The position numbers were made by a program, and so were the translations under genes. The notes under the pieces are model-generated. The model did not search any database. It was given only the letters and a program-made list of their open reading frames with translations, and was not told the DNA's origin. A stretch of 64,000 bases of DNA from Geosiphon pyriformis uo1. Its lineage: Eukaryota > Fungi > Glomeromycota. Position 1 is the stretch's first letter. Each line of letters begins with the position of its first letter. The stretch is taken from contig JAAOMT010000590.1 in the NCBI GenBank assembly GCA_016748015.1, positions 248,001-312,000 on the forward strand, read 5' to 3'. Below are positions 1-13,111 of this stretch, in pieces.

Positions 1-57
1 CTATTTTCTATTTGTTTTTTTTACTACTTTTCTTGTGTTTTTTTTCTATAAGTAATA

Positions 58-71
58 TTATCTCCCTCTTT
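58..71 (-). promoter_or_regulatory. Polypurine tract of G1 (AAAGAGGGAGATAA) abutting the 3' LTR
   Basis: Purine run directly before the LTR start. The same context occurs at 56931-56944 (AAAGGAGGGAATAA-TGTTAC) and at 13112-13126. Confidence 0.8.
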
Positions 72-3000
72 AATATTGAGCTCCATCAAAATCTTCATTT
101 TGAATTAATTCTATTATTTTTTTTTCTAAGACTGTTTGTTCAACTCTGGTTTTTATGTCTTTCACTTGTAAGTTGTTTATTTTTCTCTATTAGTTAATGA
201 TTATTATCTCTATTTCTGAGTATAGTAGTATTTTTGAATAATTTTGAAATATAGTGTATAGTTAATAAATTGTCCTAATATGTAGTATTAAATTTGTCTT
301 TTTTCCAATAAAGTTTTCAATTTGTTGTATTATTTTTTGATTGAATATTTTCTTAGATTTGTCAATATATAATTTTTGAATATTCAGCTTTTGTCTTAAT
401 TAATAATAACAATATAATATTGGAAATTGTTTTGTTTATTGTTTCTAATTTTTTTTGTTAGTTTTACTATTGAAACCATGATGGGTATTTTTCTAAATGT
501 ATTTTTTACTTTTTTTATTATCTTATCTAACTAGTTTCTCATTTGGTTCTGTGGTTATTAGTATAGTATGGTTCTTTTTTTCTGTTTTTTTGAGTATTCT
601 GGTAGTAAATAGTCTGATAATTGATAACAATTTCCATTTTTAATTATTGTTGATTCAAGATTTAAAGTAATTGTTGAGCCATTGTGTAGATGTAGTCTGG
701 TATTTTTATCTTTTATCATTGCTTTTATTGCATATACTGTGTTTTTATATATTATTCTGGTTAATTAATTTAATGTGTTTGTATTGATGATTATGATTGG
801 TTCTAGATTTTGTAGAATTTCATTTGGTTGGACTAGTATTTGTTGTATTTCCAGTTGTGAAATATTATTGGTAAATGATGATGCTGTATTGTAATATGGT
901 TTTAATTAATCTTTATATACTGCTTTAACTAAGATTTTATTATTCCATATTAGTTTATAAGCTCTATTTTCTAAAAAATTTTTAATGTAAATGGTTCATC
1001 TTATTTGAGGTCAAATTTTCTACTCTATTGTTTTTCTACTTTAGTATGATGTAAAAATACTTTGTTTTCAATTTTAAATGTGACTGGTTTATCTAGTAAT
1101 TAATTATTATGTCTTTTTTTTTGTTTTTTTGTGATCTTTGAATGTTATTAACTGTTCTTTATCTTTTGTTTTTCAAGGTTTTTATTAATTTATATGTTTT
1201 TTTTAGCAATATTTTTTGAAATTTAAATTCTGTTATTGGTTTTGTTAGATATGTGTTAATATCTATTTCTACTAATAATATTGCTGTTTTACTATAAACA
1301 AGTTTAAATAGTGTTGCTTGTATGATATCTTGTTTTATTGTTCAATAAGCAAATAGTACTGATAGTACAAACAAATCTCATTTATTCTGGTTTTTTTGGC
1401 TGATTTTTGCTATCACTTCACACAATGTTTTGTTAAATTTTTCAACTAAGCCATTTGTTTGTGGATAATATAGTGATAATAATGGTTTTTTGATTCCAAA
1501 TCTTTTACTTAATTCTGTTAATATTCTGTTTACAAAATAAGTTTTTTAATCTAATAATAATTTTTTTGGACATCCATGTTAACAAATCAAATCTTGGTGC
1601 ACAAATTTGGCTATGAATTCTGTATTTGTTCTTTGAATTGCTTTCATTTCTGGCCATTTAATGAGATAGTCCATGATTACTGCTATATATTTGTTGTCTC
1701 TGCTGGTGATTGTTAATGGTCCAACTAAGTCAATTCTAATTCAATCAAATAATTGTTCTATTCTAATTAGTCTTAGTGGTTTACTGGGTTTTGTTTCTCT
1801 TCTTTGTTAACAAGTATCACAATTTTAAACGTATTGAATAATATCCAAATACATTAATGGCCAATAATATCTCTTTCTGATTCTCTTTATGGTTGTTTTT
1901 TTATGGAAATGTCCTGCTATTAGATGTGAATACATGTTAAATAATATTGTTTCTTTTTCTAATTCTGTAATTACTTTAAATAGTTGCTCTGGATCTTTTC
2001 TGTTTTTCTAATATAGTATATTTTGGTGAGTAATAAAATATTTTAATTGTTGTTTTATGTTGTTTTATTCCTTTTGAAATAATTTTTCCTTAAACTACTA
2101 AATATTAATATAGTATTGAAGTTGTTAATATTTTTGTGTATTTATCTTTTGTTATATTTTTGGGTTTAAAATATTCTTAGATTTGTTTCATTTATGACAA
2201 ACTATTAACATTTCCATTTTTTTTTCTTTTTTTATAATGCACTGTATATTTGAATAGTAAAAGCTCTATTTTCTATCTGACATAGTAATTATTTCCAAAT
2301 TTTTACTTCTGGATTAATGTTAATTTTTTGTGGTCAGTATATATATCAAACTTTTGACTCAAGTATTCTTTAGATAGCTAAATGTTCTAATGCTAGAGTT
2401 CTATAGTTCTTTTCAGTTGGGTTTAAGTTTCAGTTGACATATATTATTAGGTGTTCTCTTCTATCTGGTCATCTCTAAGATAGTATTGCTCCTAATGCTT
2501 GACTTGATGTATTAGTAATAATGATGAATGGTTTGTTGTAATCTAGATAGATCAGTATTAAAGCTTAGATAAGCTTTCTTCTTAATATATTGAAAGCTTC
2601 TTATTAGGTCTTAATTCATTTATACTTCACATTTTTTGCTTAAAATTGATAAAGTGGTTGAGCCAATTTGGAGAAGTTTTGAATAAAGCAGTAATAATAG
2701 CCAGAAAACTCCAAAAATGCTTTTAATTTTGTAAGATCTATTGGTACTAGAAAGTTCTTAACTATATTAATCTTGTCTGAATCCGTTTTAATGCTATTTT
2801 TGCTAATAATATGTTCCAAAAATTTCAGTTCTGTTTTTCCAAAGAAACACTTGGTGGTATTTAACTTCAATTTGGCTCTTCTTAATTTTTTAAACACCTG
2901 TTGAAGATGATAAAAATGGTCATTGAATGTTTTGGAAAACACATTGGTATTATTTAAATAAACAACTACTGATTCCATAGTAATCCAGTGTAAATAATTT

Positions 3001-3989
3001 CTATAAGCTATTAGAAGGTGGCTGGTGCATTGTTTAAATCAAATAGTATAACATTAAACTTAAAATTTCTTTCTTTGGTTGTAAAAGTAGTTTTTTTTTT
3101 GTCTTCCAGTTTCATAACTACTTGCTAATAATTACTGTCTAAATTCAAAGTAGAAAACCATTTTTTTCTTTCAAAAGCATTAAACAATTCTTGAATCTGT
3201 AAAATTGGATAGCTATCTCTATAAGTTACACTGTTGAGTTTTCTGTAATTTACACAAAAGCAGATTTTTCTATTCTTCTTCCAGACCAGTACCACTGGTA
3301 ATAACTATGGACTTATTGATAGTTGAATTAACTTATTGTTTAACATTCTATTGATTTTTTGTCAAATGATTTTATGGCTAACTGGTGGTACTTTGTATGC
3401 TTGTTGTTTTATTGGCATTGTATTTTTAGTCTTGATTTAATGCTGAATGATATCAGTTCACTCAAATTTATTTTCATTGGCAAAGATGTCAGTGAAGTTA
3501 TTAGATAGTATTTTGAGTTGTATTCATTAAAGTGGGTCTAGATTTCTCAAGTTTATTTGTTTTAATTGTTTTGGTTGGAGCAAATAACATTCTTCTTATC
3601 TGTATATTGTTTGTAATATAATATTCACATATTTGCACAGTTGTGAAAAATCTGGAATGATATTTGATAGTTGGTTCTCAACTTCAGTGCTTAAATATTT
3701 AATGGTTGTTTTATTTGGTATTTTGATGGTGTTTCTTGTTGTGTTGTAGATGAGAATTTTGATGTACTTGTTATTTTTAGCCAGTATATAGAAATTGGTA
3801 ATAGCAATATTTCCTAATTCACAAATAGTGGCTTCTACTTTGAAAATTTGGGGCTGATCTCTTACTTTCTTTTTTATAATTACTAAATATTAGTTATATA
3901 ATAGAATAAAAATTGATTGACTAGTGGAGATAATTTCTCATTTGTTAATTGGTTCTTTTTCCATTATATTGATTAATATGTCTATTTTA

Positions 3990-4400
3990 CTTATAGATTC
4001 AAATCTATTTATCTTTTTTGCAGTTATTTCTAGTTTTTTCTTTGTTTTCACTAATACTAACTGAGCTATTTTTACCAAAGATAGAAATATTGCCTGTGCT
4101 ATTTTTTCATTTGGTTTGATAATATATTCTTTTTTCAAGTTATTTTGTAGTATTACAATAATATTTTCTACATATTCTGCATTAATTATTTCTCCTCTGA
4201 TGTTGATTCCCTTTTTTGTTAGACTAGATCTTGAGACTAATTAAACCATAGTTGTTGTTAGAATTTCCAGTGCTAATTTTAAATCTATACAGATATGTAA
4301 ACATAGTTCTAATTTGATAACAACATTCTTTGGATATCTTAGATCAAACCCTGTATCAGTATCATATATTTGTTCTAGTATAATATCTTTACCATTATCA
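3990..4400 (-). pseudogene. dUTPase domain within G1 pol, between protease and RT
   Basis: DTDTGFDLRYP...IDLKLALEI...SRSSLTKKGINIRGEIINAEYV...IKPNEKIAQAIF: degenerate trimeric dUTPase motifs 1-4. Confidence 0.88.
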
Positions 4401-7400
4401 TTGAACCATTTTAGTTTCTGCTCTTTTGAAAAATTAGAAAGCTCAATGTATTGTTTTGAGTTTTTGTCAGAGTTTAAATCTTCGTTGTCATAGTTATCTA
4501 GAACAGAGCTAGAACTATTGTTATTATTATTGTTGTTAAAATTTGAATTATAATTGAATAGCAATTTTAATTCTGCTTTACAGCTATTAATTGGCTCTTT
4601 TTCTTCTGGGATTGTGTAAATCATGCATAGTAGTAGATTGTAAATAAGATTACACTCATTACAATATTGGAAATCACATGGAATTAAACAGTATTAACAA
4701 AGTTAAGTGTTTAACTGTTTTAACTACTGCTCTTGTTTTACTTTGGTTGGTGCTAAGTTTTGGTAATGTTTATAGAATTTTTTTGGACTGGCTTTAATAT
4801 TCAGAAAAACGTTAGGATTGGGAATAAGAAATGTTTTGGTTGGTTTTAGTGAGTTATTCTTAATCTTTAATATCTTGCTAAGTAAAACACCTTTAACTTT
4901 AATATTTGCTATTCTTCAAATCTTGTCTTTGTTCTGTGAATAGTCATCTAAGCATAAAATTGCTCAGTTTCACATTGTATTAAAGAGTGTTCTATGACTC
5001 ATCCAGTCACTTATAAGAATTATGTATTAACACAATGTATTATATGTTTCTCTTTATTCAAGAATGTTATTCTATATTCCTTCATTGAACAAGATTTTTC
5101 CACAAGTGAGACATGGTTTATTGTTTTATTTTCCTTGTTGTTTTGAATAACTAAAACATTTTCAGTGGCATAATTTACAGTAATAGTGTGTGTATATTTA
5201 ATAGTCCTCTTTAAATAATATTTATGTTTCTATGAAGAATAGTTTTTTCTTGTAATCTTTGCACCTAAGTGAGATGTATGGTGGTTTTTTACTGATGTCA
5301 GTTGAATAGAATTTTTTCCAGTTACTGGTAATTTCTTTAGTATAGGTGGCTTTTTGTAGTTTGTTTTCTTTTTTTTCTTTATTTTTATTATTTTAGGATA
5401 GTACTAGTGGTAGTTTATTGTGATTAGTGTCAGTTCATAAAACTTAATAGGCTTTCCAGATAGGTTTGGTTACTTTTTTTTCAAATTTAATTAGTGGTGT
5501 TAGTGGAGGACTGGGTTTAAAATGACTACAGATAGCTGATGCTTGAATATGCTGACCATTTTGGCTGAGTTGCAATTCTTGGGTAATTTAGTCAAGTACA
5601 GTATTTGTTTTGGATAGTTAATTATTATCAATAAAAGCTTGGTATTGTGTAACTTCTATAATAAGAATCTTAATTGGCATAATAATACCATTGACTTTGA
5701 ATAAAAAGTCATCAATTTTGTCAATTAAAGTTTTGGTTGTTCTATTGGCTGTAATAATTTTAGTGCTGGCAGTATAATCAACTTGGCAACCTAATTGGTC
5801 TATGAATTATTATGTAATGATGCTATTTGCTAAACTATTATTGAGAATTAGCTTGATAAAATGGCTGTCAACTTTAGTGTTAGTGTATATCATAGTGATT
5901 GGTTATGTGTTAAGAGCAGCTCTATTAAATAGCAGTGTTATTGCTGGTTTTTTGAGTTCAAAAAGAAAGATGGCTACAAGTGATTTGTTTTCTATAATAG
6001 TAGCAGGTAGTATGTTGTTGATAAGTATGTTGTTATTAAGTTTTGTGTTGCTGAATAAAGTATTTTCTGAAGTAATTAAGAGGCTTAAATAGTGTTGAGA
6101 ATTCAGATTTTGGTGGTACTCAGTCTCTGAATTCCACTAACATGATCCTAATAATTGACTCAATAAACTGAGAATTAATTAGTGCATTACCATTACTGAT
6201 CTCCAGTTTTGCTGGGTGTGAGTAATTCTTGGCCTTTGGTTTCCAAATGTTATTTGAGCTGAGTTTGGTAATAGTGTCTGAATTGGTAAAGGTTAATAAA
6301 TGACTTGTGGCTGCAATAGTTGATAGATAACTGGAACTGGAATTTGATAAATTGAAGATGAATATAATTGCTGTGTTATGGATAAATAATATAACTGATA
6401 TTGGTCTTAATTTGTGATATATTTTGAAGTTTGAAACTGGTGATTGGAATTTCAATATTGATTTTCCAATTGTAAAATATTCAACCTAGTATAATAGTTT
6501 ATTTTTAAGTGGTCTTGTTTACCACAATTGTAGCAAACATGTGTTTCTAATTGTCACAGTTGATTCGTGAATAATAATAATAGATGTAATTAATTCTGGA
6601 GTTGATTGGCATTTTCTTAATCACAATATTGTGGCAACTGATAAATTGCTGGATTATTATTATTAGCTAAGTACTCTTCAATTTTCTGATTGATAAAGTT
6701 ACTAAATTGTTTTAGCTTAGAGTTCAATTCAAATAATCTGTTTATTACTAGATTAACAGTCTGGGCATAATTGGCTTCAAGTTTGGCTGATTCAAAATCT
6801 TTGGTGTGCATAACTGTTGTTTATAGTGTTACTAAATATAACAGACATACACATTAAAGAATGCTACTATGCAGACCACAAATAAACTGGTTCAAAATTT
6901 AGAGCACTGTAAAGTAATTAGCATTAATAGTTTGAATTTGGCACAGATTTCTGTAGAAGCATCCTAAGTAAGTAGTGATTGCTTCAGTGTTTCTTTGTTT
7001 GATAATTGTAAAGATATTTATTAAGTAATTGATGCTGTTATTGTTACTAAAATATCACAAAAATTTAACTTTGAATGCATTGAAGTTTTAGAATTTCTGG
7101 GCCAAGCTTTGATACTACAAGTTAGCAGTATCTTGAAGAAGTATAAAATTGTCTATAATGCTCTAACATTGTCCCATCTATTGGCTGTAATGGCTTTTTC
7201 TATATTGTTAAGTCATATTTGGGCATTATCTTCTTTGCTAGTAAATTTCTTGAGTTTTGCATTTGAAACATAAGCTATCAGTACTAGTAGTAGTTGTTGT
7301 TGTTGTAATTGTAGTTGTGATTGTTATTGAAGTTGTTGTTGAGATAGTAGTTGTGACTATTGTTGTTGTTATTTGGCAATTGAGACAACTGATGGGTTTA

Positions 7401-8253
7401 TCACAATTACTAGAGATAAGTTTTGGGAAACAATAGAGGTAGAGTTTAGATTGTTTGGGTTTTGCTAGGTTTGAACAATTGAAGTTTAAATTTCCAGGTT
7501 TTCTGAAATCAGGTTTTGGATATAAATTTTCTGATTGCTATCTTCTTCTTCTTTAGAGTCTGTTATTTCCCAAAAACTGATAGCTCTGAAATTTGGTAGT
7601 AGTAGTGATAATCAAAATTTTAATAGCATTGTTAATTGCAAATTAAATCTCTTAAAATAATTGCTGTAGATTCCCAATAATTTAGCTTTTTTTTGTTTAC
7701 TTTAAAACAGAATTTTGGCTAATGGTGCTTTTACATTTAATGTGGATGCACTTGCTAATGTAATGTTGATGGTACTTTTAGATGTATGATAATATAATAG
7801 ATATATCAGTAAATTGATTTTTAGTTTTTTCTAAGTAGGTGGTTGTATCTGTCTTGGTGTTTCTACTGGTGTTTGCAATTTTTCTTTTCCTTTATCAACA
7901 AAGGTAATAAGAAATCTTTGTTTAGTGTACTTTTCAATTTTTTTGTTTATTTTTGTAATTTGTGGTGTGAATAAATAGTTTTGTGAAAGTGTGGTGTTTT
8001 TAAGTAGTTTACTAAAAAAATTGTTAAAAACAGATTCTGGATCTTCTTAACCTCTCAAGTAATATGCAATTTTTTCATTAACATAACAATTAAAAGCTGA
8101 TTCTGTTGGCCAACTGTTATCTGTCAATTCAAAATGATTTTTGTAATATTGGAATAAGGATTTCACAAATTCCAAGTGGTTTGTCTCTATTTTTTCTGAT
8201 TCTGTTACTGTTTCAAATAGTTGCTGTTGGTGCTGGTTCTCTGTTGGATTATA

Positions 8254-8270
8254 CCTTACAGGAAGCACCA
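8254..8270 (-). promoter_or_regulatory. Primer-binding site of G1, elongator tRNA-Met-like (TGGTGCTTCCTGTAAGG)
   Basis: Begins with TGG 2 nt inside the 5' LTR end. The TGGTGC....GT(G/A)AGG pattern resembles the complement of eukaryotic elongator tRNA-Met 3' ends; the tRNA identity is inferred. Confidence 0.65.
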
Positions 8271-8272
8271 AA

Positions 8273-9199
8273 TGTTACAGATGATTATTTGGAGTGTAAA
8301 AACAAATAACAAACTCATAACTAATGCTCAATAATTGATATGGTTGGTAATATTTAAAGGTTTTCATGATTTGAAGGTTTTCATTTGAGTTCTTTGTATA
8401 ATAGACAGAGATTTAAGTTGGTTGTTTCAGTTATCTTCTAAAATATTTGATTCCATTAATTTCTTTTTCAGCTTAATGACTGGTAATCTTTTGGTAAGTA
8501 ATCTTTAATTTATAATTGTTTACCCTCTTTCTGAAGTTTTTTACCAGTATTTTTGACATCAATAATTCCATGTATTAATTCTTAATCAATTAGTAAATAA
8601 CAAAAAAATAAAATGAAATAAAAATAAAAAAAATAAAAAAAAATAACAAAAAAAGTAAAGAAATTAATATTTTATCAATAGCCATTATTAAGAACTATTG
8701 TTCCAGTATGGTTAAGTGTTGAATGTTATTAACATAGAGTGTTAATAATAGAAAATTGGTTGAAATTCTCAAACAGTTAGCAAAGACATGAATTGAATAA
8801 AATAAAAAATATTTTTATTGATATTTAATAATTTCATTTTAGTTGATAATAACTATTCTTGAAGTAATTATTTAATAGATGGGAAGAAGATTTTTTCAAG
8901 TCAATTCAATATCTTTCTTGCTTCTACTACTACTGCTATATATACATAATTTGAGTTATATGATATTGTACATATTCTCAAACAATACTTTATAATTTCT
9001 TAAGCAATGCTCACATTGTTAAACAATATGCTGTGATTTCTGACAATACTCTATATTGCTGAGCAATGTGCCATAATTTTTTGACAATGTTTTATATTGT
9101 TGAGCAATGTGCTTACATGCTAAATACTATTTTTCTATTGGTTTATTTTTTATCTGTTTTTTTTACTATTTTTTTTGTATCCTTTTTCTATAAGTAACA
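8273..9199 (-). repeat. 5' LTR of G1 (~927 bp, TGTTAC...TGTAACA)
   Basis: Termini TGTTACAG at 8273 and GTAACA ending at 9199. Its U5-side end (aataatcatctgtaaca) and an internal block (8660-8770) match the LTR at 56945-57922. Its start matches bases 1-57. Confidence 0.88.
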
Positions 9200-12079
9200 A
9201 TAGTTATAAGTCTTTTGGCCAAAGTAGATAATGTAGTTTTGAATTTAGATTCTCATTTGTCTTAATAACCAGTCTTGTTTAGAAGTTTGCTACATATAAC
9301 ATTAAGAGTATCAATGTTTCTGCTAAGTAAAAAAATGTTGTTTGTTGACATACTGGTTTAAGTAATGTAATTTTTTTTATTATAAAAACAAACTTGAGAA
9401 CTAATATAAGTTATAAATTGCAAATAAGTTTAATAAAGTGTGAATTTTTACATTTGAGTTGAATAAAGGTTTTTTCAATGCTAAAGTGGTTATTGTTATA
9501 AATACTTTTTTGGCTTAACATGTTTTCAAGATTGAAAAGATTTCTGGTTGTATTATTTTGGTGTAGTTTCTTTTTAAAGACAAGCTTTTGGTCATGGTTT
9601 TGGGTTTATATGCTGGTGCTTCTGCTAAAACTAGATTTGGTCAAGCTTCAGATGTTAATTTTGTTATTGTTAAGACTATTAACTTTAGTATTTTTGTGGT
9701 TTTAAGTGGAAATTTTAATGAAAATAGGTCTGAAAAGAGTACAAATTTCAGATTTTGTTTGAATTTGGGTTTAGTTAATTTATTTGGTGAGTATTCATTG
9801 GTCAAGACTTCTACTTGAAGCAACTCAAAATGTGTCAAAAAGATTTTTAATTATATTTTTGTAAGTAAAAGTTTATTGTCAGCTGTTATTGGTTATAGAA
9901 TTGACTTTATGTTCATATTTTTTGACACTAATTACAAGACTGTCTTGATGTTAATTAGTTTGAACAGTTTCTTAGATGTTATATAAAGTTTGTTGGAAAA
10001 AATAATAGTGAAGTTAGTTGATAAAATATTTTCTAGACATTGGTTTAATAAGTTTTAGTGTTCAAGAAACCAGCAGTCTTTAAAGTTTTTTGGATTAGAA
10101 TTGTTAATTGTCAAGATTGTTAAAAAGTTAAGCTTAGATAAAATGCTTGAATTTGATTGTTTTGTTAAGAAATAGTTAACTTTAGATAGTAATAAGGTTC
10201 TTAAGATTATGGACATAATTCAAAACAATAAAAAGTTAATAGATGTTCTTAAACATTTGTTAATGATTTGCAAAAAATACAAAAAGTTCAAACTTTATGT
10301 GTCAAAATTAGTTAAAAAGGCATCTATTAAGAAGGCAATTAAAAAGTGCATAGAAAGTTTTTGTTCTAATAAAAAAGATATAATAAAGAGTATTTTGGAT
10401 TAATCTTTTTGCAAGATGGTTTTGGATTACTTGATAGTGAAAAGTAAATTGATTTTAAAACCAGAGAAAATGAAGCTTAGTGTTGATAAAATTATGAAAA
10501 GTTGAACAAAAAAACAGACTGTATTTCAAATAATGTCTAATCTATGAACTTACTAATATATATTATTGAATTATGTAAATGATAATACTTTTTTTGGCAT
10601 AATAAAGGTAATTAATATAAAGAAATTGCTCTTGGTAATTAATGATCTGCTTAATGATAAAGCTGTTAGTTTGTTTAGTATTTTTAATAAACTTTGAAAA
10701 CATAATAGTGATAATATAATGGAGTGTCTTTTGGAATTGTTAAATACATATTTGTTTCTTAGTAGTATTTTAGTTTTATAGAAAAAAGCCTAAGTCTTAA
10801 TGATTTTTAAATCTTATGATTGGAATAGAGTTTTAACAAATATCTAACCTATTGTTTTGATTAAAATGACCAGAAAACTTTCTCTAAAGTTTTATCTGAT
10901 TGGATTTTATTTGCATGTTGCAAGTTTGGTGTTTTCTGTGGTGATAATTTTTTTGTTTTAAAGAGCACATCTACTTAGTTTTCTATATTTGCTGTTGAAT
11001 TAATAGTTGAAAATGTTTTAGAAAAGAATAAAAAACTTTGGTTGGTTTTACAGAATATGTGTAAAACATATAACTTAATTGGTTGACACCACTTGAAAGC
11101 TAGCTTGCAGTAGATCAAAATGTGTAACAAGTTTATAAAATTTTTTGACAACATATATGAAAATAAAATCAATAGAGTAATAACTTATTTTGGTCTCTTA
11201 GATGACTATAAAATACATAATAAATTGGATTAAAGCAAAGTTTTCTCACTTTTTCTTTGAAAAATTTTTTATATTCTATTTTTGTATGAGATTAAAAAAC
11301 ATAAACATTTGTGCAGATACTGAATTAATACTAAGTTTGTGACCAAGACAGACAGAATAGAGAATAATAGTAGAATGTTCTCTTTTTTTACTGTTGGCAT
11401 GTTTGTAAACAATATAATTTGGATCAAAGATTGTCAAGCTTTTATGCAGTATGCTTTAGACATTGCTAATAAATTTTTTTTGAGCAATAATATTTTTATC
11501 AATAATAAAAAGACTGTGGCTATTTCTATTAATTATAGTGTTAAAGTTGTTTTTTTAAGTATTAATGGCCTACCAATTTCAATAGCCAATAAGAGTGAAA
11601 CTTACAAATATCTGGGAATTTTTTTGTTAAACAAGAAATTGTTCAAGCCAAATCTGATTAAGACTTATTCTAATGTCTAATTTTTTGTTAACATGGTTTT
11701 CAAAAAAACCATTATAGATAAACAGTTTTTGTATTTAGTGTTGGCTATTTTGCAATTCATAATTAGTTACAAAACTCAGTTTAGTTTTGTTTTATTAAGT
11801 GTGTATAACAAGTAAAATATTATAGTTAGAAAGAGTCTCAAGTTTAAAGTCTGTTTGCTGTGTGATTTTTTTTATAAGACTTTGCATTATTCTTCTCTGT
11901 ATGGTTTAAAATTATTTAAGCAAGTGCAGTTTAAAGAAAAATTAGCTGCATTAGTCGCTTTTTTTAATGCTTTAGATATTTTTAGATGTTTATTTAACTA
12001 CAAATTCTTAGATTTGCAGGTTTTAAGTTAGACTTTTTGAATTTTTTGCAGTTTTTTATTAAGTTATGTGTTAGTCCAG
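9200..12079 (+). mobile_element. Degenerate LINE fragment L-A (ORF1 tail, APE endonuclease, RT), cut by G1 on the left and G2 on the right
   Basis: Aligns with the LINEs at 42653-49496 and 51250-60960: VLGLYAGAS, SGNFNE (GGDFNE), GMFVNNIIW (GAFVDDTIW), YKYLGIFL. Internal deletion near 9985. Confidence 0.9.
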
Positions 12080-13111
12080 TGTTATAAATAAACTTGGTAG
12101 AGTATAGTAATAACAATTAATACTCTAAATTTGGGTAAGAAAAGCTTAAAGATTTTTTTTGTAGACTTAAACAGTATATTAGTATTATTAGTCTCTAAAA
12201 ATTTCTTAATAGATATAAATTTATCTATGGAGTTCTTTGATTATAAGGCACAGAAATATAGTTTTGTGATGTTGTAATTTGTATATGTAACCTATCTTCT
12301 TTAAGCTAGTTGAATATAATCACTAAGATCTAACAGTATCTTTTCATCTTTTAGATAAACTAACAAAATAATGTTAATATCCAATCTTAGGAAAAGCTTT
12401 TTTTTTACCAAGCTATCACAAAGTCTATTTTCAAACAATCAATTTTTTTATGTTGTTACTCCACAAAAAAATAATGAAAAAAAAGAACAAAAAATAAAAA
12501 AATAAAAATAAAATAAAATAAAATTAAAAAAAAAAATTAAAATTATTAATTGTTATAATCAAAAGCAATTGGTTCAAGTTGTTTTTTGTTCAAGGTGTTT
12601 TTATGTTAAAAGCATTTGGCTGAAAACAAAGATAAAAGAATAAATAAATTGGTTTAAACACAAAATTCAGGAATTATAAATGAGTGATTTTTTTGGTTTT
12701 AATTTTTTTTTATTTGAGATAATATAAATATATAGATAAGATAAATCTAGTAAATATAAATAAAAGATATATTTTTTATTTGACTAATTTTCTCTGTTTC
12801 TCTTTTTTTTATTACTAAAACTACTTGTTTTTATATATATTTTTAATTTTACAAAATTGCTTTTTGATTATTTGTTATTATTAGCTATTGCTTGCTATTT
12901 TTGTTACTTCATTTTTTTATACTATAACTAGTTATTTTATGTTACAGCTAGTTATTTTGTGCTTTTTATGTTATTATATTATTTTATATTATCTTGAGTT
13001 ATAAAATATTATTATGTATTATTTTATATTATCATATTTTTTTATATTATTATATTTTTTAATTATATTTTTTCAATATTTTTTGGATTTGTTTTTTCTA
13101 CTTGGGTAATA
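12080..13111 (-). repeat. 3' LTR of G2
   Basis: Abrupt junction with LINE ORF2 at ccag|TGTTATA. Ends next to the PPT. Its U5-side part matches the relic at 22310-22773. Confidence 0.75.

Larger units (their letters stand above)
1..9199 (-). mobile_element. Degenerate Ty3/gypsy LTR retrotransposon (element G1): 5' LTR, PBS, gag, protease, Cys-rich insert, dUTPase, RT, RNase H, integrase, extra 3' ORF, PPT, start of 3' LTR
   Basis: Minus-strand remnants in gypsy order: Gag (~6.7-8.27 kb), CCHC knuckle (~6.51-6.55 kb), protease LILNNSLANSII (degenerate LILDSGSAGSII, ~5.6-5.93 kb), dUTPase DTGFDLRYP (ORF 4241-4624), RT VVVYLNNTNVFSKTFNDH (degenerate YLDD, ORF 2640-2978), RNase H (~2.25-2.6 kb), integrase (~1.3-1.95 kb). 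Bases 1-57 match 9140-9199 (the two LTR starts). Many premature stops. Confidence 0.93.

Noticed and set aside
7290-7380. (TTG)n microsatellite-like tracts (also 19500-19522)
   Set aside because: They encode poly-Gln linkers in Gag on the minus strand and are not independent features.
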